Translations under genes and position numbers: made by a program
From: TPA_inf: Saccharomyces
Taxonomy: Eukaryota
Direction: 5' to 3'
DNA length: 64,000 nucleotides
NCBI GenBank assembly: GCA_000146045.2
Contig: BK006946.2
Span: forward strand, 1 to 64,000
Notes under the pieces: generated by a model
Database searches by the model: none
Told to the model about the DNA's origin: nothing
Seen by the model: the letters and a program-made list of their open reading frames with translations, nothing else
Shown: piece by piece, positions 44,045 to 56,269 of the stretch
How the letters are laid out: each line of letters begins with the position of its first letter
How positions within the stretch are numbered: position 1 is the stretch's first letter

Positions 44045-44791
44045 ATGGCGAAAACTTTGGCACAAGGAAGGAAACCTGGAAGCGGCAGAAAGCCCGGAAA
44101 AGGGAAGACGTTGAGAGAGGGAAGAAAGCCTGGCAGTGGTAGGAGGAGGAGGCAAGATACTGGGGGTAAAGAGACCGACGGGTCTCAGCAAGATCAGGAG
44201 TCGCGTCTTATTAGTTCCAGGGACATGGAAGCTGTGGACGCACTGAGAGAGTTGACGCACAGCCCGTCGTCTCACTCAGCTCATAATTCATCAGCAGCAC
44301 CACCGCCGCATGCAGCAGCGGCGTCAACTTCATTGCCTCCATCTCTGGATTATACCCATCAGTCATTCATGGATCAACAACAACAACAGCAGCAGCAGCA
44401 GCAGCAACAACTACTACAGCAACAGAGAGTGGACGTCGTTCCGCCCAAGCCGTTCATCACCCACAAGATCCTGTTATCTTCAACGGGAAACTCTGGCGGC
44501 CACGTGAATTCAAATTACAACGCCGACCACAGCATTAATCATAATTCAAACCACAACCTTAACAGCAACGTGAACGTGAACATGAACTTTACTATAAATG
44601 GGAGCAATCAAGACCCGTCATCTTCTTTCCTGATGGGGCCCTACAACTACTTACAGCGGCCTTTCATTGTGAAACCATATCTTGATCTGTCCACAAGCAC
44701 AGCAGCATCAAATCAGCCACGGACGCAACCATCGCCGGCAGCACATATCACTAAGAATTCCGATTCTACAGAGAAAAACGCAACCATATGA
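44045..44791 (+). CDS. DAT1: Datin, oligo(dA)·oligo(dT) minor-groove DNA-binding protein with three GRKPG pentads and a polyQ tract, 248 aa
   Basis: The ORF-track start at 43997 is a GTG alternative start. The first ATG, at 44045, gives MAKTLAQGRKPGSGRKPGKGKTLREGRKPGSG... with the GRKPG motif three times, a Q13 tract and Asn-rich tail. Confidence 0.85.
   Translation: MAKTLAQGRKPGSGRKPGKGKTLREGRKPGSGRRRRQDTGGKETDGSQQDQESRLISSRDMEAVDALRELTHSPSSHSAHNSSAAPPPHAAAASTSLPPSLDYTHQSFMDQQQQQQQQQQQQLLQQQRVDVVPPKPFITHKILLSSTGNSGGHVNSNYNADHSINHNSNHNLNSNVNVNMNFTINGSNQDPSSSFLMGPYNYLQRPFIVKPYLDLSTSTAASNQPRTQPSPAAHITKNSDSTEKNATI
44375..44428 (+). repeat. DAT1: CAA/CAG trinucleotide repeat encoding Q13-LL-QQQ in DAT1
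   Basis: caacaacaacaacagcagcagcagcagcagcaacaa ctactacagcaacag. Confidence 0.9.
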
Positions 44792-45062
44792 CATTCATTT
44801 CCAGCATACCACTAAAACATTCGTATATGCCACATAATAACTAGTTGAGAAAACCATAGATATTTATATTTATATGTATTTGTACTTCTTTGAGCAATGT
44901 ATATTTAAGACTGATCTCAACTTCAGCAACTGTTCAAATTCACTGTTTTTCCTAATTAAGCACAACATGAAAAACTAGAATTTTAGAAAGAAAAGGAAAA
45001 AGAATACCAGATGGTAGTTAATTTCTCACAAAAGCACTGCCAGGTAAAGGTATACAGCAAGG

Positions 45063-45953
45063 ATGGACTCTCTTGAAGCTAGATTACAATTCATTCAGGT
45101 CCTGAAGAACCTGCAAAAGACGCTGCACAAGACCAGAGACTCTATCACATCATCGTCGACCACCACACCACCGTCATCGCAACAAAAGCTGAACAATGAC
45201 CCTATACAGTTCTACTTGAGAAACTACAGACATCACTACGAGGACTTCCACCAATGTTTGTTCGATACAACCATGAAGATGGACCCACTAGATAGACTGG
45301 ACGTAGTGATATACTATGTTAGAATAATAAGAAACTTATATCCGCATAGCCATTCCAATACCAATGTTACAAAAGTGTTAAACGAAGTGCTACTCATGGA
45401 CATAGACTTGGTTTTTGAGCTTTGTCTGCCCTGCCAGGACTGGAAATCCCTCACGAATCAAGCCACCTGTAAAGAGCTATTCCTTGACTTATCCAAACTA
45501 ATCCATTACGACGCCACCAGCGTCACGCACACACCATCAGACACCACACTCATAGACGCTACTACCTGGTACAGTGTCAAGACAGAGAGGACTACAAAGG
45601 ACTATAAAGAATCATTGCAACGAACGGAGTCTCTGCTTAAGGACAGAGACTTGAAGAAATTGGCTTTCTTTCAGCAGTTCAATTCCGATACAACTGCGAT
45701 CAACCCGGACTTACAGACGCAGCCAACCAATGCAAACATTTTGTTGCACAGGATGGAAGCAGACAGGGAACTGCACAAGAGGTCGAAAGAGACAAGTTGG
45801 TACATCGAAAGGCCCTCCAACGATATACTGGATGAATCCGAATTTAAAAGCTTGTGGACGCATTTTGAAACTACTGATTCCGGATTTGATAAGGACGATT
45901 ACAAAAATATCAAGGCTTTAAATGACATTGCGAAGGCATCTTACATATATTAG
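45063..45953 (+). CDS. CTK3: CTDK-I (RNA Pol II CTD kinase I) gamma subunit, 296 aa
   Basis: 296-aa ORF at the position of YML112W, between DAT1 and BUL2. Called from remembered length and synteny. Confidence 0.75.
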   Translation: MDSLEARLQFIQVLKNLQKTLHKTRDSITSSSTTTPPSSQQKLNNDPIQFYLRNYRHHYEDFHQCLFDTTMKMDPLDRLDVVIYYVRIIRNLYPHSHSNTNVTKVLNEVLLMDIDLVFELCLPCQDWKSLTNQATCKELFLDLSKLIHYDATSVTHTPSDTTLIDATTWYSVKTERTTKDYKESLQRTESLLKDRDLKKLAFFQQFNSDTTAINPDLQTQPTNANILLHRMEADRELHKRSKETSWYIERPSNDILDESEFKSLWTHFETTDSGFDKDDYKNIKALNDIAKASYIY

Positions 45954-46941
45954 TACCATGACGTTATATATATATCTGTGAAGAGAATCCGTATCTGTAT
46001 TATATATACGTATATACGTATCAATGCGCGTACAAAATGAACTTGTCTTTTTCTTATCTCGATTTCAGGAAAAGCAAACTATTCAAGGTGAAACGGCGGC
46101 TAATTTTCCTCTAAGTTACTTTTATTGTAGTCCTCAACATGTGCAGACGAATAAACTTAACACGGTTTGCAGAGTGTGTTGTTGAGTATAAAACAGTCAA
46201 TTTCTGTGGACCTGGCCGTAGCCTATTGCTGAAAACACACAAAAGAGGAGTTTGACGAGACTTAAAACAAGCCAAGGAAAATACCATGTTAGACTACTCC
46301 CTTCATTCGATGGTTTTACGCCGCATTTCTACACAAATGAATTTACATTCGGGCTGATATGGTTGCTACATAAGCGAATTTAAAATTTGAGAAGGTTCAT
46401 TGTTGCCTTGTGGTTCGAGCTTAAAGATCATAAAGAACCGCGGGGAATTTGTCTAGTTACAAGCTGGAAAGGACTGAGCAGAGGAAGAGCATTCGTTCAC
46501 AGAGAGGTCCACGATAGAAAAGTGCCAAGAATATTACTTCTTTCACATCAAAAATGTGTGACGGTTCCTTTGCACGTTGAAGCGTTATCATTTTTTTATG
46601 TATATACGGCACCGGTTTTTCGCCTTTTCCTGTTCGTATATTTATAGTCGCCCCGCCATTGCTCGCCCTGTTCCTGGTAGTCTAGGCTCTTTGCATTTCT
46701 CTTTTGGTGATTTTTATTTTTTATCTGCCGTTACCAATTAAGAAAAATTTCTGAAATCGTCCAACAGATATGCGTAAAGCAAATATTGCAATTATCATTT
46801 TGTGCATAACTTACCAATAATTGATTTCTGTTTCTGTAGGATTTCTCGACAAGAATCTCAACTTCTTACCCGTTTTGGCCAAGGACTTTGCAACTGAAGC
46901 AGCAGATTTGAGATATATTCTGGGGAACAAAAGAAGTATTA

Positions 46942-49704
46942 ATGACTTTTACATTCTCCACTTCATCAAGGAAAAATGGGAGACCTCCTTTAAAATCAGT
47001 TTCTACGGAAGATAACATTCATCTATTGAGGAAGCGGCGTCAACAGCAGCTGTCAAGTAATTCTACAGATAATTCGCTGCATCCAAATAGTGGGCAGACT
47101 CCACGTGCAAGTGACAGCCAGGACGATGACATACGCAGCGCTTCAACAACCAATTTAGACCGTTTACGACAAGAACGAGAGGAAAATTCACTGGAAATGG
47201 ACTGCACACAGTCAAGATTATCTCATAGAGCAAATATGCTAGTGGATGTCCTACCATCTTTTGAGATGTATAATGCCTTGCACAGACACATACCTCAAGG
47301 AAACGTTGATCCCGATAGACATGATTTCCCCCCTTCTTATCAAGAAGTTCGCACTCAAAGAATGACTATATTGCCCAGCAATGATAATTCCGTGGAAAGG
47401 TCACAATTGACAGCAGTGCCAGGATCCGAAAACGCATGTAATAATGCGACTGCCCATTCTCTTACCAACCTACATCCTCTACAAACACAACATCTTACAA
47501 TAAACAGTACAAGAAGTGGTGGACAGTCGCTCCATTCTTCATCAGACACCAATATCAGTCAAATACCGTTCGAAGATGATCTAAACGACTCGGATAACAT
47601 TTTTATAGACAAGTTATACACCTTACCCAAGTTATCCACTCCTATCGAAATTGATATAAGAATAACGAAAACTGCATCAATACCTCATGAGCGTCCTGAG
47701 GAACAGTCAATATTGAAGGAATACACCTCGGGTGATATTATTCATGGTTATTGTTTAATTGAAAATCGGTCCTCTCAACCACTGAAATTTGAAATGTTTT
47801 ATGTCACTTTAGAAGCGTACATATCTGTAATTGACCGTCAGAAAGGGAAAAGAACGTTAAAGAGATTTTTAAGAATGGTCGATTTGAGCGCATCTTGGTC
47901 TTATACAAACATAACCCCAAGTACGGGTATTAATATTGTCCCCGGTGAAAGGGATTTTGACGATGCCATCATTGGTCTTTCAAACAGCAGAGAATTGAAG
48001 CCGAACACAAAGTATAAGAAATTCTTCATGTTCAAGCTTCCTACACAGTTATTGGACGTGACTTGCAAACAAGAGCAATTCTCACACTGCCTTCTGCCTC
48101 CCAGCTTTGGTATCGACAAGTATAAAAATAATTGTAAATACTCTGGCATAAAAGTAAATAGTGTCCTTGGCTGTGGGCATTTAGGTACAAAAGGTTCACC
48201 CATTCTGACACTTGACATGGCAGATGATAATTTATCAATAAATTATACAATTGATGCCAAAATTGTCGGTAAAGATAAAAGAACATCTAAGCTGAATATT
48301 ATGAAAGAAAAAGAATATAACTTGAGAGTTATGCCCTTCCCCTTTGCTGGTGTCACTAATCAACAAAACGAGAAAACGTGTTTGAGACAACTGAAAAATT
48401 TGGAAAGCTTGATTGAAGATAGATTTGAAGCTTTGAACAAGATTTTCAAGAAACTGGAATTAAATGAGGCCATTTCGAATGTAGATATTCATGACACAGA
48501 TATAAGCGGGACTTTGGACGGTAATGAAGATTTGGATTCCGATGAGATATTAAGACGTAAGCTAGATCAACTGCACATCAATAACAGGATTGATGATACC
48601 GCCAGCCAATCACCATCCTATGACTCCAAAAATATGGCTCCAAAGGAAAACCTAGTCGAGACTGAGTTACGCTATAAGTTTAAAAATAAGAATAAATCAA
48701 ATTCAAGTTTATTTTCTCATTTTTTGAGTTCATCAGAAACGGGGTCATCTTCAACTGGTCCACATGTATATAATTCCGGATTGATTGTATTATCAGTTAA
48801 AAAACCGCAATCTACATTACCTTATTGGTCACCATCATTGTTGAGAAAAACCAACAAATTTGAAGCAAAGAGTGAACAAGAAAAGGAAAACTGGCAAAGG
48901 TTAATGGGCATGCTTCCAGAAGGAGTGAAAACCCCACTGACCAAGTTAGATGTACATTTGACTTGTATCCAATCTAATAATAGTGCAGGACATAAGCCGC
49001 CAGAAATAAGCTCTGTAACGACAGAATTTGTGGTCATCACAGCAAAGTCTGATAATTCGATTCCTATCAAATTCTGCACTGAACTGTTGATGAATGAGAA
49101 TAGATTAAACAAACTAAAGACAAAATTTTTGACGTATCAGAAAAAAGTTCATGAATATCGTAAAAAATTTGAAGAAAACCATGCGAAGCTAAACGAGCTT
49201 TATAATAGAAATAGAGATCATTTCACTCCAAAAGAGCTTTTGTTCACAAATTTCATATCTGATCAAATAAACAATGATATTGACAGTTTAGCTGGATTAA
49301 AAGTTAACATTATTGATTTACATGATATCTTCAAAAAGCAAATACATACTTTTGAAGAAGAAAACGAGGATATTATTTCGAAGAAAGGAAGTTCCAATCC
49401 TCCTTCCGCGTCATCCAGTAATAATAATTTCTTACAAGCAACATTTAGCAATGGTGCATCCACCGCTACTAAGTTTACTCAGCAAATTGTGCATGAATGG
49501 GAAAAAGTTAAGCCATTACAGTATAAGAGGGATGTTACAGTTAATTTGAAGCTCAACCCCAACATTAAAGAAACGTTAGTGCCCAATCTTGAAACGTGTT
49601 TGTGTTGTAGATTTTATTGTGTTCGAGTAAACATCAAATTTGATAACCACTTGGGTTCTATGAAAGTTGATATTCCGGTTGATGTGAAAAAGTTACAAAT
49701 TTAG
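46942..49704 (+). CDS. BUL2: Rsp5 ubiquitin-ligase adaptor (arrestin-like) with a PPxY motif, 920 aa
   Basis: PPSY motif in the N-terminal region (DFPPSYQEV). The 920-aa length matches Bul2p. Confidence 0.8.
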   Translation: MTFTFSTSSRKNGRPPLKSVSTEDNIHLLRKRRQQQLSSNSTDNSLHPNSGQTPRASDSQDDDIRSASTTNLDRLRQEREENSLEMDCTQSRLSHRANMLVDVLPSFEMYNALHRHIPQGNVDPDRHDFPPSYQEVRTQRMTILPSNDNSVERSQLTAVPGSENACNNATAHSLTNLHPLQTQHLTINSTRSGGQSLHSSSDTNISQIPFEDDLNDSDNIFIDKLYTLPKLSTPIEIDIRITKTASIPHERPEEQSILKEYTSGDIIHGYCLIENRSSQPLKFEMFYVTLEAYISVIDRQKGKRTLKRFLRMVDLSASWSYTNITPSTGINIVPGERDFDDAIIGLSNSRELKPNTKYKKFFMFKLPTQLLDVTCKQEQFSHCLLPPSFGIDKYKNNCKYSGIKVNSVLGCGHLGTKGSPILTLDMADDNLSINYTIDAKIVGKDKRTSKLNIMKEKEYNLRVMPFPFAGVTNQQNEKTCLRQLKNLESLIEDRFEALNKIFKKLELNEAISNVDIHDTDISGTLDGNEDLDSDEILRRKLDQLHINNRIDDTASQSPSYDSKNMAPKENLVETELRYKFKNKNKSNSSLFSHFLSSSETGSSSTGPHVYNSGLIVLSVKKPQSTLPYWSPSLLRKTNKFEAKSEQEKENWQRLMGMLPEGVKTPLTKLDVHLTCIQSNNSAGHKPPEISSVTTEFVVITAKSDNSIPIKFCTELLMNENRLNKLKTKFLTYQKKVHEYRKKFEENHAKLNELYNRNRDHFTPKELLFTNFISDQINNDIDSLAGLKVNIIDLHDIFKKQIHTFEEENEDIISKKGSSNPPSASSSNNNFLQATFSNGASTATKFTQQIVHEWEKVKPLQYKRDVTVNLKLNPNIKETLVPNLETCLCCRFYCVRVNIKFDNHLGSMKVDIPVDVKKLQI

Positions 49705-50030
49705 ACCATACAACACTAACAGTAATCTCGCAGTTTTACAAATAATTGATAAAAGCAGGACTATTTTTTAACCATTTAATATACCTATTACTATTAATAT
49801 CATTAATATTATTATATTATGTACAGTCACTTATTTCTTTTTTTTTTTTTCTTTCTTTCTTTCGTTCTATTTCCCCCTAGTATATACGAATTCTGCACAT
49901 CACAGCAAAATATATGGCTATCACATGGCACAGGTATTACTAAAGAAGAAGAGAGACAGAAATAGTATAGGCATGTTTTACTAGCTTCGATTTTCTTGAC
50001 AAAAAAAAAAGGAAATTTGTTCTATTTACT

Positions 50031-51083
<1,053 letters not shown>

Positions 51084-51639
51084 TCAAATGCGGAAGCTAG
51101 TTTCCATATTAGGGAAGAGCAGGCAACAGGGCAGAATCCTATACGGAAAGACTTTCATTTAATGATACATTTGCCAAATAACTGTGTTCCAATATCGAGA
51201 ACAGAACTATCGGATACCTTGATATTTGCTCAATGGTGTCACTTCCCGTTTTTGACATGTACTCTTCCCAATTCAGAAAAATTCTCGCACTTTTCCCACA
51301 GAGAAAACCGCAAAACTCAGAAATTTAGGCTGTGTATCGCCGATAGTATCACGGCCGGTTTATGCTTGATTTGGCTGCAAAATGGTCACATTGGACCTAG
51401 AAGTGGCCTTTTGTAGCTAATTATAAGTGCATGATTATTGTGACCAGTAACATTTGCTGACGCGTTGTGCGGGTAGCACACGCCGCGTCTTATTTTTGTT
51501 TTCATCTCATCTTCGTTAGATCATAATAATATGATTGAAAACTGGAGTAAAACGCTAAAGAACAGTGTCAAGGTTAGTAGTATCGTATACTTTACATTGA
51601 TCACGTTTGCACTATAGACTGAATTTAAATTAGAATTTT

Positions 51640-54468
51640 ATGGTACTGATGGAAGATATGCAAAACAAAGATGGCCATAATACTGTAGAAAACAGTAGTG
51701 GTGGTACGGACAGTAATAATAATATTCAAATGAGGCGAATGAGGAAGACACAGCTGTCCAAGAAGGAGCTTTTTGAGAAGAGGAAATCTGACGTGTTAAT
51801 TGCTGCCAAGTCTTTAGATACAGAAATTCAGAATGTGAAAAATTTGAAGCGATTGTCGATTGGTTCAATGGATTTGGTAATTGACCCTGAGCTAGAGTTC
51901 AAAGTGAACAGTAGAAACTCATATTCTTCAGATTCCTCAAAGGAATCCCTTCAAGAATCGCTCCATGAAGAGAACATTATACGATCAGAACAAAAGGAAG
52001 AACAAGGGAGCGAAGACAATGATGCATATGAAGAGGGCGATGCTACTAATGTCGACGACAGTATAGATATCACTCAAACAGAGTATTTGCATGATGAAGA
52101 AACATTGGAGAAGGAAAAAATCATCCGTAATGCTTCTTCATCCACTTCATCTTCAGCAAGAGTAACGTCGAGGAACAGAAGGCTCAGTGGAGTAAAGACA
52201 TTGGCTCACGATGTTGTATTGGATGTGGAGAACGACCACGATTCAAAAATGGTTGATTTAACTCAAAACCTTTTGTGGGTGCCCGCTGACCAACATCCTA
52301 ACGTTAAGCCCGAAAACTATTTGGAATTGATCCAGGACACTTTACAAAACATTCAAATAAGCACAAATCAAGACATTGATGAAAACAAATTAGAACTGGG
52401 TAACAATCATGTAATTTCGAATAGAAAACGCACGGGCTCTGTAGTTAGAAGGCCTTCTCGGTTGAAGACATCTTATACCAAGTTTGATGACGAACCTCCC
52501 CTTGCAGACAAACCACAAGAAGGAGAAATACAAGTGGATAAGCGAATATCCTCATCTGACATCAAAACCATAAGATCTGTATCTTTGAAAGAAATTACTG
52601 AAGAGCTTACTAAGATTTCCAATAATGCCGGTTTAACGGACTCAGATGCGGTGACTTTAGCCAGAAGCTTGAGCATGTCAGGGTCATTTACCAACGAAAG
52701 TCTTCATTTGAACGGCAATCACACTGAAAATGATAACGAATTTGCATCAAATATGTTTAATGAAACTGGACTTACCATACCAGAGAGATCTTCTCTAAGG
52801 AGGTCTAAATTCAACACATATAAGATCAGACTAGAGGGTAGTAGCCTTCCACAGGCGGTAAAACTCAATAGCCTAATGAATATACAAACTAATGACAATC
52901 GCAGAAGTGCATCATCGCCTGCCTCCTACACACAAGTGCCTCAGGAGCAAGCATCATTGAATGATTTTCACGAGATTTTCGACCATTACAGAAGAACAAG
53001 TACTGATTGGAGTACCGAAAATGAGAAATACGTTGATAGCACCAACTACTATTCGGATGAAGAAGATTTGACACATGCATCTATTTCTCAAGAGAGCAGT
53101 CTTTTATCTACAGATAGTTCTAACAACAGCGTTTTAATAAAGCCGCATAACACTGGTTCGATGATTTCTGAAAAATTGGATCAGCACGTTAGCTCGAGTG
53201 AAAAATCAAATACCAATAACAGCGAAGCAAATCATGGCTGGTCATGGTTGAATTCTAGCAATGGAAGTTTGAACGCTAATGAACAAACTTATCAACAGCT
53301 TACAGATGATGAAGACGATGAAGAATGTGTGGACAATGAAAAAGCTGACTTTGTTAACTTGAGTGTATCGAGGAGAGCGAAATCTACCAAACGTGCCTCT
53401 GAAAGAATAAACCATTCCAAAAATAGACATTCGCCAATTTTCCAGATACATTCTGAAGAAGCAAAATCCGTGGTAATCACTCCTTCAGTCGTTTCTTCAT
53501 CTGAATCCCAGCCATCTAAGCCTACTGCACCGGCAGTCGTGGAGAAAAAGGTAGAACTGCCTACTGACACCCAAGCCAGTACACATAAGAAAAATTCCTT
53601 GGAGAAAAGGCTTGCCAAATTATTCAAAAGAAAACAACATAATGGTACCTGCAAATCAGATGTGAAAGTAATCAAAAAAAGTGTTAAAAAAGAACTGAAA
53701 AAGAAGGCTTCGCATTCGAGTTTATCAAAATTCAGGAAAAGTCCCAAGAAAAAGCCCCAAGAAGCGGAAGTTGAACGCCCTTCATCCCCCACCAAAACAA
53801 TTACCACCGAAGATATAGATACAGCAAGCGTCATTGAACCAGAAGTGAGAAGTTCAAATGCTTCCACCCTTCTTCCTGACAGCCATACTAGCCACAGTTC
53901 TGAATTTGTGGTGGAAACTATAAGCGAGTTAGATGGCGACGATTCATTTGATATTAGTGGTGGTGATGTAAACTACGACGTCGAAGTGCACTCTAGTATC
54001 AGTAGAGATACGACAGCTGGACTAGAAGAGGATATAGGAGCAGAGAGAGAAGACAACACTTCACCTACTGCCCCTCAAATCTCAACTTTGCCTCCAAGAA
54101 AATTGACATTTGAAGATGTCGTTAAACCAGATTACTCAAACGCTCCAATAAAATTCACAGACAGTGCTTTTGGATTCCCATTACCAATGATAACCAACTC
54201 TACAGTGATTATGTTTGACCATCGTCTAGGAATTAATGTTGAAAGGGCTATTTACAGACTCAGCCATCTGAAGCTTAGCGATCCCGGGAGGGAATTAAGA
54301 CAACAAGTATTGCTAAGTAACTTCATGTACTCCTACTTGAATTTAGTCAATCATACCTTATACATGGAGCAGGTGGGCACTGGAGATATAGCCTTCAATG
54401 GTGATTCTGCCTTGGGAATGATGGACAAAAATGATTCTGATGGCACAATCTTAATTCCAGACATTTAA
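51640..54468 (+). CDS. ZDS2: Zds family regulator (cell polarity / PP2A-Cdc55 regulation / silencing), Ser-rich, 942 aa
   Basis: 942-aa Ser/Asn-rich ORF with the conserved C-terminal Zds_C region (FGFPLPMITNSTVIMFDHRLGINVERAIYRLSHLKL...). Confidence 0.8.
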   Translation: MVLMEDMQNKDGHNTVENSSGGTDSNNNIQMRRMRKTQLSKKELFEKRKSDVLIAAKSLDTEIQNVKNLKRLSIGSMDLVIDPELEFKVNSRNSYSSDSSKESLQESLHEENIIRSEQKEEQGSEDNDAYEEGDATNVDDSIDITQTEYLHDEETLEKEKIIRNASSSTSSSARVTSRNRRLSGVKTLAHDVVLDVENDHDSKMVDLTQNLLWVPADQHPNVKPENYLELIQDTLQNIQISTNQDIDENKLELGNNHVISNRKRTGSVVRRPSRLKTSYTKFDDEPPLADKPQEGEIQVDKRISSSDIKTIRSVSLKEITEELTKISNNAGLTDSDAVTLARSLSMSGSFTNESLHLNGNHTENDNEFASNMFNETGLTIPERSSLRRSKFNTYKIRLEGSSLPQAVKLNSLMNIQTNDNRRSASSPASYTQVPQEQASLNDFHEIFDHYRRTSTDWSTENEKYVDSTNYYSDEEDLTHASISQESSLLSTDSSNNSVLIKPHNTGSMISEKLDQHVSSSEKSNTNNSEANHGWSWLNSSNGSLNANEQTYQQLTDDEDDEECVDNEKADFVNLSVSRRAKSTKRASERINHSKNRHSPIFQIHSEEAKSVVITPSVVSSSESQPSKPTAPAVVEKKVELPTDTQASTHKKNSLEKRLAKLFKRKQHNGTCKSDVKVIKKSVKKELKKKASHSSLSKFRKSPKKKPQEAEVERPSSPTKTITTEDIDTASVIEPEVRSSNASTLLPDSHTSHSSEFVVETISELDGDDSFDISGGDVNYDVEVHSSISRDTTAGLEEDIGAEREDNTSPTAPQISTLPPRKLTFEDVVKPDYSNAPIKFTDSAFGFPLPMITNSTVIMFDHRLGINVERAIYRLSHLKLSDPGRELRQQVLLSNFMYSYLNLVNHTLYMEQVGTGDIAFNGDSALGMMDKNDSDGTILIPDI

Positions 54469-54792
54469 CTCATAACTGTTTACAAGATTGATAGATACCT
54501 ATATAAGGCCACATATTTCAAGTATTGTAAGGATGCCCTTTTAGTGTCAAACTTCTTATTATCACGAAAAACGTCGTCTTTTCATGCAAGGAAGGACTAC
54601 AGTATATACATATAAATATATATTTATGTAATTATTTTTTTCTTTTTTTTTAAATTTTCTAGCGAGAATGAAGAAAAGCCGACCTCATCTCATCCTATTT
54701 GGAACAAATTCGAATGATCTGTCCAATACAGCAAGGCTACCTTGCGGTTGAATTCTATCTCGTACTACACTAAGACGAAAGAGAAAAACGAA

Positions 54793-55110
54793 ATGTCCAA
54801 GAGTAATACTTATAGGATGCTCGTCTTACTAGAAGACGACACCAAGATAAATAAAGAAGATGAAAAATTTTTGAAAGGTAAGCCGGGAAAAATGCATGAA
54901 TTTGTTGACGAGTTGATACTTCCATTTAATGTTGACGAACTGGACGAATTAAATACCTGGTTTGATAAGTTCGATGCCGAAATATGTATACCGAACGAAG
55001 GTCATATCAAATACGAAATTAGTAGCGATGGTTTAATTGTACTTATGCTAGATAAGGAAATTGAAGAGGTTGTCGAAAAAGTAAAGAAATTTGTCGAAGA
55101 GAATAACTGA
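54793..55110 (+). CDS. YML108W: Small acidic protein of unknown function, 105 aa
   Basis: The ORF-track start at 54742 is a TTG alternative start. The first ATG, at 54793, gives MSKSNTYRMLVLLEDD... and 105 aa. Confidence 0.7.
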   Translation: MSKSNTYRMLVLLEDDTKINKEDEKFLKGKPGKMHEFVDELILPFNVDELDELNTWFDKFDAEICIPNEGHIKYEISSDGLIVLMLDKEIEEVVEKVKKFVEENN

Positions 55111-55264
55111 AATAATGATGTTGCTTCGGTTTTTTGCATGAATATAACGTGACTGTTGCGTATGCATATGTGCACGTAATTTAAAGAGAGAGTGACAGAA
55201 TCTGCGCATCAGCATGGGGGCATATACAAGCATATGAGAATTTGGATAATGTATTACATCTAAT

Positions 55265-56269
55265 TTATAAAGTTTGTAGAACAGCCTCTAATTTATTTAG
55301 TCTTTCTCCCACGCCCAATTTCGTTATTAGTTTGTCCTCCTTGCCGATTAACTCCAGCAACATTGTGGGCAACAACTCTTTGTTGTAATACCGACACCAT
55401 AGAGCGTGTCCGTTAAATTCTGTATATTCTAACTTCTTCAGGGATGCTCGATGAAAGCAAGCCGTGCATTGAACCAGATCATCCTTCTGGAATTTCGTGT
55501 AGCCGAGAAGCAACAGACCTACGAGAGAATAGTCTTTACAATCGAAAAAAAATGCCAATTTTTGTATTTCTTTCTCAGACAAGTAATGAAATATACGGGA
55601 AGAGTTTCTTTTAAGGCTAAATTCATTTGATCCGGAAACAATTCTGTCAATTTCTGTATGAATTCTTTCAATTTCCCTTATAAGGTTTTGTGAGCTTAAA
55701 TAATACTCTTTGTTTAAATCAACCTGATTTTCCCTCCACGGACACTTTTGGAGATGATTTCCAATTATATTGGAATTCCAGATTTTTTCATTCAATTTCA
55801 TGGTGTAATCGGCGACATCATCGCCATTTTTTAATAAAGGAATTGTCATAATGGCATGGCAACAACAGCACTTAAATGGCACTTGCGACTGGGATGCACT
55901 TTGGTACGGCTCCCAGCCCTTGGATGCTAGAGTCAGTGGATTGACCCATCGAACGTCCCATTCAATGAGCACATGCCTTGTGTAGTTTTGAATGGAGCAT
56001 ATTCTTTTCAACAAGGCCCGAAGATCGTGTAATCGGAAACCAACAAAATGTTTAGAGCTTTCTTGTACCAAATCATCATACAATTGCACGTGGCTCTTAC
56101 ATTTTTCAGGCAACATTGAACTGCCATTATGGGATTTCTTCTTGTACCTCCATTTGGTAATAAGTCGCTCTCCTAGAGTATTCCTATATTTTCCCGGTAA
56201 AAGTTTGGTATTCTTGTCCAGCGAATGTCTAATAGACTTCAGTCTAACCTCCAATGCGTCCTTTTCCAT
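55265..56269 (-). CDS. PML39: Nuclear pore-associated pre-mRNA retention factor with a Rsm1/zf-C3HC-like zinc-finger region, 334 aa from the annotated start; an in-frame ATG 52 codons upstream at 56425 would give 386 aa
   Basis: The ORF is open from a genuine ATG at 56425. My recollection of the annotated protein is about 334 aa, starting at MEKDALEV... (ATG at 56269). Cys/His clusters (CHLE.., FKCCCCHAIM, CTACFHRASL) are visible. Confidence 0.7.
   Translation of the reverse strand: MEKDALEVRLKSIRHSLDKNTKLLPGKYRNTLGERLITKWRYKKKSHNGSSMLPEKCKSHVQLYDDLVQESSKHFVGFRLHDLRALLKRICSIQNYTRHVLIEWDVRWVNPLTLASKGWEPYQSASQSQVPFKCCCCHAIMTIPLLKNGDDVADYTMKLNEKIWNSNIIGNHLQKCPWRENQVDLNKEYYLSSQNLIREIERIHTEIDRIVSGSNEFSLKRNSSRIFHYLSEKEIQKLAFFFDCKDYSLVGLLLLGYTKFQKDDLVQCTACFHRASLKKLEYTEFNGHALWCRYYNKELLPTMLLELIGKEDKLITKLGVGERLNKLEAVLQTL

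Noticed and set aside
53292-53867. 191-aa antisense ORF inside ZDS2, plus similar antisense ORFs inside TAF8 (42146..42613), NDI1 (28594..29004), BUL2, MDM1 and ERG13
   Set aside because: They are fully embedded antisense to long, conserved genes and their translations are low-complexity (S/L/F-rich). This is the typical pattern of chance ORFs opposite codon-biased genes.
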